This document shows positions 58,411 through 64,000 of a stretch of DNA of 64,000 nucleotides, piece after piece (position 1 is the stretch's first letter; every line of letters begins with the position of its first letter). The stretch lies in contig JAGGSH010000011.1 of NCBI GenBank assembly GCA_021159185.1, positions 12,307 through 76,306 on the forward strand, read 5' to 3'. The DNA comes from a bacterium. Its GTDB lineage: Bacteria; Patescibacteriota; Minisyncoccia; Moranbacterales; UBA9337. The position numbers were made by a program, and so were the translations under genes. The notes beneath the pieces were generated by a model. That model was not told the origin of the DNA, made no database searches, and saw only the letters and a list, made by a program, of their open reading frames with translations.

Positions 58411-58842
58411 ATGCCTGAGCAAAATGAAGATCGGAGAGATATTATTAGGAAAACATCCTTGTCTTTGGAAAGAATTGCTAGCGGACCTAAATGGAAGATG
58501 CCCGTGGAAGCGTTCAGGTTAGCTCGGGAATACAGAAGACAAATTAACGAACATAAAAACGCCCCATGGTTAATTATAATTTTAGTATCGGCATGCGTTG
58601 ATTTTTTAGGTGATGCCATTTTTATAGGATATTTCATTAAGCCTTTTTTATTTTTTGCTCTTTGGGGAAAAGGAGCATGGAAAGCTAAAATATTTATTAG
58701 ATTTCTTTTATTTATTGAACTTGTTCCCGGATTGAACTTGCTTCCATTGCAAACATTAGCAGCGGTATACGCATGGAAACATACTGCCCAAAGAGCCAAT
58801 GAAGCTGAAAAAAAATTAGCGAAAATTAAAAAGAATATATAA
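58411..58842 (+). CDS. Small membrane protein (143 aa, 3 TM)
   Basis: Hydrophobic helices. Lies between the CHAP hydrolase and the VirB6-like gene. Confidence 0.4.
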   Translation: MPEQNEDRRDIIRKTSLSLERIASGPKWKMPVEAFRLAREYRRQINEHKNAPWLIIILVSACVDFLGDAIFIGYFIKPFLFFALWGKGAWKAKIFIRFLLFIELVPGLNLLPLQTLAAVYAWKHTAQRANEAEKKLAKIKKNI

Positions 58843-58896
58843 TCTACATCCATATCACCAGTTTTCTTTTTTCCATTTTCTGGTATAATAAATGCG

Positions 58897-60948
58897 ATGA
58901 GACAAAAAACAAAAAGCAAAAAAATTAAAAAGAATAAAGTTTTAAAAAGAGCGCTGGCTTTCTTTTGCTTTTTTATTTTTGCTTTTTCTTTATTGAATTT
59001 AAATTTGGCTTTTTCGGATTTTTCAGGCAGTGGTTTGGATTTTTCTATTGTTAATGAGGCTAATGCAGGAACAGAACATATAGATTTAGCTGAAGAAAGT
59101 GGTGGCTGGTGGCCTTTTGATAACCCTTTTGTGGTGGGCATTAACTGGATACTATACGGATTTTTTAGGCTTCTTGCGCTGTTGCTTGGCATAGCCGGTT
59201 TTCTTTTTGACTGGGCGATAGACGCCAATAATATCCGGGATGTTATTCATCGGCAAGCTATTTATGACGCTTGGAAAATGGTAAGGGATTTTCTTAATTT
59301 GGGATTTATTTTAATTCTTTTATATTCGGCTTTTTGCACTATATTTCAAATAGAAAAGTATCATCTTAAAAAAATTCTTTTGATGCTAGTGCTAATGGCG
59401 CTTTTGGTTAATTTCAGTTTTCCCATTTCCCGCTTTATCGTGGACGCTTCCAATGTGACTATGTATTATTTTCTGAATTCAGCTTTTAACCAGGAAGAAA
59501 CGAAAAGTTTTTCCGCCGGACTTACGGGACCTACCGGAATCGCTGATATGCTAGTTCCCAGAGAAAGTGATGGAGATTTTGATTCAGGCGGTTCTACTGT
59601 CCAGATAATGATGGCGATATTTTTCATATTTTGTTTGATGATCACTATGTTTGTGATCGCGGCCATATTTGTAATCCGCATAGTGGCGCTGGCCGTGTTG
59701 ATTATTTTTTCTTCCATCGGATTCGTGGCGGCGGTTTTCCCGGATACTAAATCGTTTGCCAATCAATGGTGGTCTAATCTTTTTAAGTACGCTTTTACTG
59801 GACCCATTTTAGTTTTTATGATGCTGATCGCCTATAATTTAATGAGAGAAATGGCCGCGGAGGGAACAAAAGAATCAATGAAGCAATACGCGCAAAATTA
59901 TGGGCACAATCCGAGCTTATTAGCCAATGCCGCTTATTTCTTTATACCTATAGTTATTCTTTGGATGGGTATTATCGCCACGCAAAAAATGGGTATTGCC
60001 GGGGCCGACTGGACGGTGAAAAAAGCTACCGGCGCCCGCGACTGGTTCGCGAAGATTCCGGTGAATACAGCAAGAGGGGCGGGGATGGCTACTGGAATCC
60101 CAGGTGGAGCAAAACAAGCAACTGAATATTATAAAAAGAAAGGTTTACCTGGCCGTTTAGGAAAAATATGGGGTTTGAGAGGAACAGACAAAAGAGAAGA
60201 ATCGGAAGCTAAATTTGAGGGGGCTTTTGTTGGAGCTGGCAAAGGGGAAACTCCGTGGGGAAGTTTGAAAGAAATGAAAAAAAGATGGGAAGGCGGAAGT
60301 AAGAGTGCTCGCGACAAACGCATCGGAGAAAAAGTTAAAGAGAATAAAGATCTCAATGTCAGTGCTTCTCAGTTATCTCAAGATCTTGGCTCTGAAAACG
60401 AAGTGGCCAAAACAGCTGCCGCTATTACTATGGCTGAAAAAGGATTGCTAACTGATATTGACAGATTTAAAAAAGCGCTGGAAGCGGTCGGAAATGATGA
60501 AGACCTAAAGAAGAAAATTATAGACAAAGCGCCGAAAGAAATAACCAGAGATGTGATAAAAGATGGTAAAAGTTTAAATACGGCGCTGACAGCGGCAGTT
60601 ATAAAAGATGAAAAGGGAAATGAAGATAAAGAAGCTACGAAGAGAGTGCAAGAAACAATCAAAGGCAAAATTAAAGCGGACAATAATGTAAAGATCCTGA
60701 TTGACTATGATGAAAGATATGGCGGTAAATCCAAAGATGATGCTTATCGCGACAATTTGGAAAAAATGTCCGCGGAAAATCTAGCTAAACAGAAAAATTT
60801 GCTTGATACCCAAGAATTTCATGAGTTCTTCTTGCGAGATAAAGCTTCTGGAGGGCTAAACGAGGATCCCGATTTCATTGCAAAGACTGCCGAAAATATG
60901 AATATGAAAGACAGGCTGGATTGGAGGAAGAGAGGATATAAGATTTAG
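58897..60948 (+). CDS. VirB6/TrbL-like polytopic membrane protein with a hydrophilic C-terminal domain (T4SS inner-membrane component candidate)
   Basis: 683 aa. Signal/TM, an extracytoplasmic loop, then 6 or more TM helices (GFFRLLALLLGIAGFLFDW, LGFILILLYSAFCTIF, LLMLVLMALLVNF, IMMAIFFIFCLMITMFVIAAIFVIRIVALAVLIIFSSIGFVAAVF, GPILVFMMLIAYNLM), and a ~300-aa charged C-terminal tail. This architecture is typical of VirB6/TrbL/PrgH-like proteins. Confidence 0.45.
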   Translation: MRQKTKSKKIKKNKVLKRALAFFCFFIFAFSLLNLNLAFSDFSGSGLDFSIVNEANAGTEHIDLAEESGGWWPFDNPFVVGINWILYGFFRLLALLLGIAGFLFDWAIDANNIRDVIHRQAIYDAWKMVRDFLNLGFILILLYSAFCTIFQIEKYHLKKILLMLVLMALLVNFSFPISRFIVDASNVTMYYFLNSAFNQEETKSFSAGLTGPTGIADMLVPRESDGDFDSGGSTVQIMMAIFFIFCLMITMFVIAAIFVIRIVALAVLIIFSSIGFVAAVFPDTKSFANQWWSNLFKYAFTGPILVFMMLIAYNLMREMAAEGTKESMKQYAQNYGHNPSLLANAAYFFIPIVILWMGIIATQKMGIAGADWTVKKATGARDWFAKIPVNTARGAGMATGIPGGAKQATEYYKKKGLPGRLGKIWGLRGTDKREESEAKFEGAFVGAGKGETPWGSLKEMKKRWEGGSKSARDKRIGEKVKENKDLNVSASQLSQDLGSENEVAKTAAAITMAEKGLLTDIDRFKKALEAVGNDEDLKKKIIDKAPKEITRDVIKDGKSLNTALTAAVIKDEKGNEDKEATKRVQETIKGKIKADNNVKILIDYDERYGGKSKDDAYRDNLEKMSAENLAKQKNLLDTQEFHEFFLRDKASGGLNEDPDFIAKTAENMNMKDRLDWRKRGYKI

Positions 60949-60968
60949 ATTATTTAAAGTTTCCGTTT

Positions 60969-61052
60969 TGTCATTCTCGTGAAAACGGGAATCCAGGATG
61001 GAATCACTAACTTCAGAAATTACTCTGGATTCCCGCCTGCGCGGGAATGACA
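60969..61052. repeat. Family-1 MITE-like element
   Basis: tgtcattctcgtgaaaacgggaatccaggatggaatcactaacttcagaaattactctggattcccgcctgcgcgggaatgacat. Confidence 0.75.
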
Positions 61053-61088
61053 TAGAGACAGAAATAATAGCAGCAAATTAAGAAAATT

Positions 61089-62204
61089 ATGTTTAAAGAA
61101 ACAAAAAATTATTCCAGCTTTTCTCCGATGATTGTTCCTGTTGCGGAAAATGAAACAGAGGAAGAGTTTTTGCTAAGATGGAAAAAATTTGACGCGTTGC
61201 CAAAAGAAATAAAAAGCAAACTCTCCGCCAGTGAAACACTGAGAGAAATGGAGAATGTAAAACGGATTTTTAATCTGGAGTTGTCGCAAGTAGCCAGTAT
61301 TTCCAGATTAATTAGAAGCTATTATTTCGGCGAAGTGAAAATAGAAAATTTTGTATCCATTCTGTCAAAAGAAATGGAAATTGATTTATCCAAAGCCCAA
61401 GAAATAGCCAAGCATATTACGGAAAAAATAATTAACCAAAGAATACAGAGTAATAGTGGCGCCGGCGACGAAGCTATCGTCAAACTTCCCATTCTTGAAG
61501 CTCTTAAAAAATATCCTAAGTTAGGCAACCAGAGAATTTCCGTCAATAATATAAAGCTCAAAATTTTTCCCGATCCAGTCAGGCCTTCCATTAAAAACTG
61601 GATCGCCGATTATCGCCAAGTTATGGGGACCGGAAATTACGGAGCCATAGAGAAAAGCAATTATTTATTTCACGGTGAGAACGCCAAAAAACTGAATTCC
61701 CAAGAACTGCAAAAGCTGTCGCTGATTTTAAAATCGCTGGACGGCCATATTCCTCTGACTATTAACGCCAAAGATCAGCAAGTAGTATTTCCGTTATTGG
61801 AAGCAAATGAAGAAGCAGCAAGAAGCAAGCATTATGCGACAAGCAAAGAATCAGAAATTAAAACGCCAAGGATGAAATATTTAGCAAAAGAAAGTAATGA
61901 ACCAGAAATTAGAAAAATAATGCCAAACAGCCAAACAGCCAAACAGCCAAATAAAAATAATACCGGCAGTTTCCGTTTTTCATCTCCCCAAACCCTTGAA
62001 TCGGAAAAGGAAGGAAAAAAGAAAATAAAAGTGGACAAGAAAGAGAAAATAGATAAAGTAAATAAAATAAATAAAGCAAGTAAGGTAAGCAAAAATCCTC
62101 GCTACTATCAAATTTATCCCATGGGAATTAATCATAATAGCGAAAAAGAAGAAAGCCGTCCAAAAACAAAAGGGAATGTCGTAAATCTTAGAGAAGATTT
62201 TTAA
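61089..62204 (+). CDS. Hypothetical soluble protein (371 aa) with a Lys-rich repetitive C-terminus
   Basis: Contains a caaacagccaaacagccaaacagcc tandem repeat (QTAKQPNK). Sits in an operon position between the VirB6-like and PrgI-like genes. Confidence 0.4.
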   Translation: MFKETKNYSSFSPMIVPVAENETEEEFLLRWKKFDALPKEIKSKLSASETLREMENVKRIFNLELSQVASISRLIRSYYFGEVKIENFVSILSKEMEIDLSKAQEIAKHITEKIINQRIQSNSGAGDEAIVKLPILEALKKYPKLGNQRISVNNIKLKIFPDPVRPSIKNWIADYRQVMGTGNYGAIEKSNYLFHGENAKKLNSQELQKLSLILKSLDGHIPLTINAKDQQVVFPLLEANEEAARSKHYATSKESEIKTPRMKYLAKESNEPEIRKIMPNSQTAKQPNKNNTGSFRFSSPQTLESEKEGKKKIKVDKKEKIDKVNKINKASKVSKNPRYYQIYPMGINHNSEKEESRPKTKGNVVNLREDF

Positions 62205-62208
62205 TATT

Positions 62209-62616
62209 ATGTTATTCAATGTCCCGCAATTTATCAATGTTGAAGATAAAATAGTCGGACCTTTTACTGGCAAGCAACTATTGTGGCTGGCCGGGCTGGG
62301 AGCCGTTCTGCTTGTTTTATGGAATGTTCTGGAAAAAGCTGTCTTTATTGTTGCCGCTATTCCCATATCCTTAATTTTTTTAGCTTTTACATTTTACCGC
62401 CCATACAATCAGTCACTCGTAAAATTCGTGGCGGCGGGAATCATGTTTCTTTTTCGTCCCAAAACCTATGTCTGGGAAAGAAAAACACTTAAAGTTAAAG
62501 TTCTTCCGGTTAAGAAAAATAAACAAGATTCGGAAATGAATAAAAATAAAGTTATAACTCCCGAAGAAATTAAAGAGCTGGCGGAAACATTAGATAGCAG
62601 GGGAGGGGAGAAATAA
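62209..62616 (+). CDS. PrgI/VirB3-like small two-TM membrane protein immediately upstream of the VirB4-like gene
   Basis: 135 aa with two adjacent TM helices (LLWLAGLGAVLLVLW, FIVAAIPISLIFLAFTFY). Starts 5 nt after the previous stop. Identified by position and topology only. Confidence 0.4.
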   Translation: MLFNVPQFINVEDKIVGPFTGKQLLWLAGLGAVLLVLWNVLEKAVFIVAAIPISLIFLAFTFYRPYNQSLVKFVAAGIMFLFRPKTYVWERKTLKVKVLPVKKNKQDSEMNKNKVITPEEIKELAETLDSRGGEK

Positions 62617-62647
62617 CAAAGAGGGATAGGTAAGAGGAAAATAATAT

Positions 62648-63340
62648 ATGGAATTTCTACACTCAAAAAAATTAGCTTTCGGCGGAAGCGGAAACAGTAC
62701 CCAGAAATATGTGGATGTGAAAGAAGTGAAAGACGATGTGATTATTTTGAAAAACGGGTCGCTAAGAGCTGTCCTTTTGGTTTCCTCTATTAATTTTGAC
62801 CTTAAATCAAGTGAGGAACAGGACGCCATAATCAGCCAATACCAGAATTTTCTTAATTCGCTTGACTTTCCCATTCAGATAATGATTAGTTCGCGGAAAT
62901 TTAATATAAAGCCTTATCTAGACCTTTTGGAAAAAAAAGAAGTTCAGCAGGAAAACGAGCTTTTAAAATTTCAGATCTCTGAATATAAAAAGTTTATTGA
63001 AAATTTGATAAAAGTTTCCAATATCGTTTCTAAATTTTTCTATATTGTGGTTCCTTTTTATCCCGTGGAGAGCCATGAGCAGGGGGCGCTGGACAAAATT
63101 ATGGCTCTATTTAATTCCCGCCAGATTGTGGCTGAAAACAAAGTCTTGTTTGAAACTTACAAAAACCAATTATGGCAAAGAGTGGACCATATTAACGCTG
63201 GGCTTAGCGGAATCGGAGTGCGTGTGACTTCGCTCAAGACCGAAGAAATAATTGAGCTTTTATATAATTCCTACAATCCTTCCGTTTTCACGAATGCCAT
63301 AATAAATAAAATAGAAGAAGTTGATCTTGAAAAACAGTAG
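62648..63340 (+). CDS. VirB4/TrbE-like ATPase, N-terminal fragment (CagE_TrbE_VirB-type), truncated before a MITE
   Basis: DDVIILKNGSLRAVLLVSSINFDLKSSEEQDAIISQYQNFLNSLDFPIQIMISSRKFNIKPYL follows the VirB4 N-terminal pattern (xDGSlxaxlxlxGxxFELxSxeE...Ln.L...iqi). No Walker A, as expected for a fragment. Confidence 0.5.
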   Translation: MEFLHSKKLAFGGSGNSTQKYVDVKEVKDDVIILKNGSLRAVLLVSSINFDLKSSEEQDAIISQYQNFLNSLDFPIQIMISSRKFNIKPYLDLLEKKEVQQENELLKFQISEYKKFIENLIKVSNIVSKFFYIVVPFYPVESHEQGALDKIMALFNSRQIVAENKVLFETYKNQLWQRVDHINAGLSGIGVRVTSLKTEEIIELLYNSYNPSVFTNAIINKIEEVDLEKQ

Positions 63341-63367
63341 ACTTGCCTAAATTAAGAAACTCTCTTT

Positions 63368-63453
63368 TGTCATTCCCGGCTTGATCGGGAATCTAGGATG
63401 GAATTGCTGGCTTTAGAAATTACTCTAGATTCCCGCTTTCGCGGGAATGACAT
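63368..63453. repeat. Family-1 MITE-like element between two VirB4-like ORFs
   Basis: gtcattcccggcttgatcgggaatctaggatggaattgctggctttagaaattactctagattcccgctttcgcgggaatgacat. Confidence 0.75.
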
Positions 63454-63498
63454 AAAAAAGGGAAGGAAATGACATAGAAAAAATGAAGATGATAAAAT

Positions 63499-64000
63499 AT
63501 GTTTAAATTACGAAAACAAAAAAATATTGAAAACAGCGCTCCCGACAGCGAAGAAATTTATCGCCGGGGAGTGGCTAAAGTGGAGGGGCTTATCGCTCCC
63601 GCGGCTTTAAGAATCAATGCCAATTATATTCAAGTGGGAGAAATATGCGCCCGAACGATTTTCGTAATCGCTTATCCCCATTATCTTGGCACCAATTGGT
63701 TTTCTCCTATCGTCAATGTTGATTTCTCTTTAGACATTGCTATGTTCATCCATCCGATGGAAACTGCCGATGTTTTAAAAAATTTGCGGAAGAGCGCCAC
63801 CCAAGTTCAATCTACTATCCACTTGGAAGAAGAAAGCGGCAAAATCCGCGATCCTATGCTGGAAACAGCCATGAAAAATATTGAAGAACTGCGCACCAAA
63901 CTTCAGCAGGGAACTGAAAAATTTTTCCGTTTCGGGCTTTATATGACCGTTTATGGGAAAAGTGTTAAAGAATTGGACAAAACCACTCGATCGATAGAAG
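63499..64000 (+). CDS. VirB4/TrsE/PrgJ-like ATPase, continuation of the N-terminal domain (partial; runs off the window end)
   Basis: Manual translation gives MFKLRKQKN...GLIAPAALRINANYIQVGEICARTIFVIAYPHYLGTNWFSPIVNVDFSLDIAMFIHPMETADVLKNLRKSATQVQSTIHLEEESGKIRDPMLETAMKNIEELRTKLQQGTEKFFRFGLYMTVYGKSVKELDKTT. The y.RtlfV..YP.yl...Wl.pl and LD...fI.P blocks are typical of the VirB4 N-terminal domain. The ORF is still open at 64000. Confidence 0.55.
   Translation, partial: MFKLRKQKNIENSAPDSEEIYRRGVAKVEGLIAPAALRINANYIQVGEICARTIFVIAYPHYLGTNWFSPIVNVDFSLDIAMFIHPMETADVLKNLRKSATQVQSTIHLEEESGKIRDPMLETAMKNIEELRTKLQQGTEKFFRFGLYMTVYGKSVKELDKTTRSIE

Noticed and set aside
58230-59228. 332-aa minus-strand ORF
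   Set aside because: It overlaps two well-formed plus-strand membrane-protein genes (58411-58842 and 58897-60948). Its translation is compositionally odd and low-complexity, so it is most likely an antisense artefact.

Overview
Low-GC bacterial chromosomal segment, about 36% GC by eye, with short intergenic regions and many secreted or membrane hypothetical proteins. This is compatible with a small-genome Patescibacteria/CPR-like lineage, which is an inference only. Housekeeping genes are recognisable by motif: feoAB, ksgA, ftsH, tilS, a gmk-like gene, rpsA, gyrA, rpsO, recQ, cca, rnpA, pcrA/uvrD and rubrerythrin. There are also two O-antigen-ligase-like genes, five tRNA genes, two AbiEi/AbiEii toxin-antitoxin pairs, two tyrosine recombinases and two TrmB-like regulators. 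The window is unusually rich in short repeats. An approximately 85-bp MITE-like palindromic element (TGTCATTCCCG...CGGGAATGACA) occurs at 13 or more loci, and several GC-rich hairpin repeats sit in-frame inside essential genes. The most interesting accessory content is threefold. First, a type-IV-secretion-like cluster at the 3' end (LysM-CHAP hydrolase, VirB6-like, PrgI/VirB3-like, VirB4-like split by a MITE), preceded by an integrase and AbiE toxin-antitoxin pair. Second, a compositionally foreign operon of five translationally coupled small ORFs (28.7-30.2 kb), downstream of a 1.4 kb structured non-coding region with divergent strong promoters. Third, a TrmB-like regulator plus integrase island carrying six copies of a perfect 16-bp palindrome. 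No rRNA and no CRISPR array were seen.
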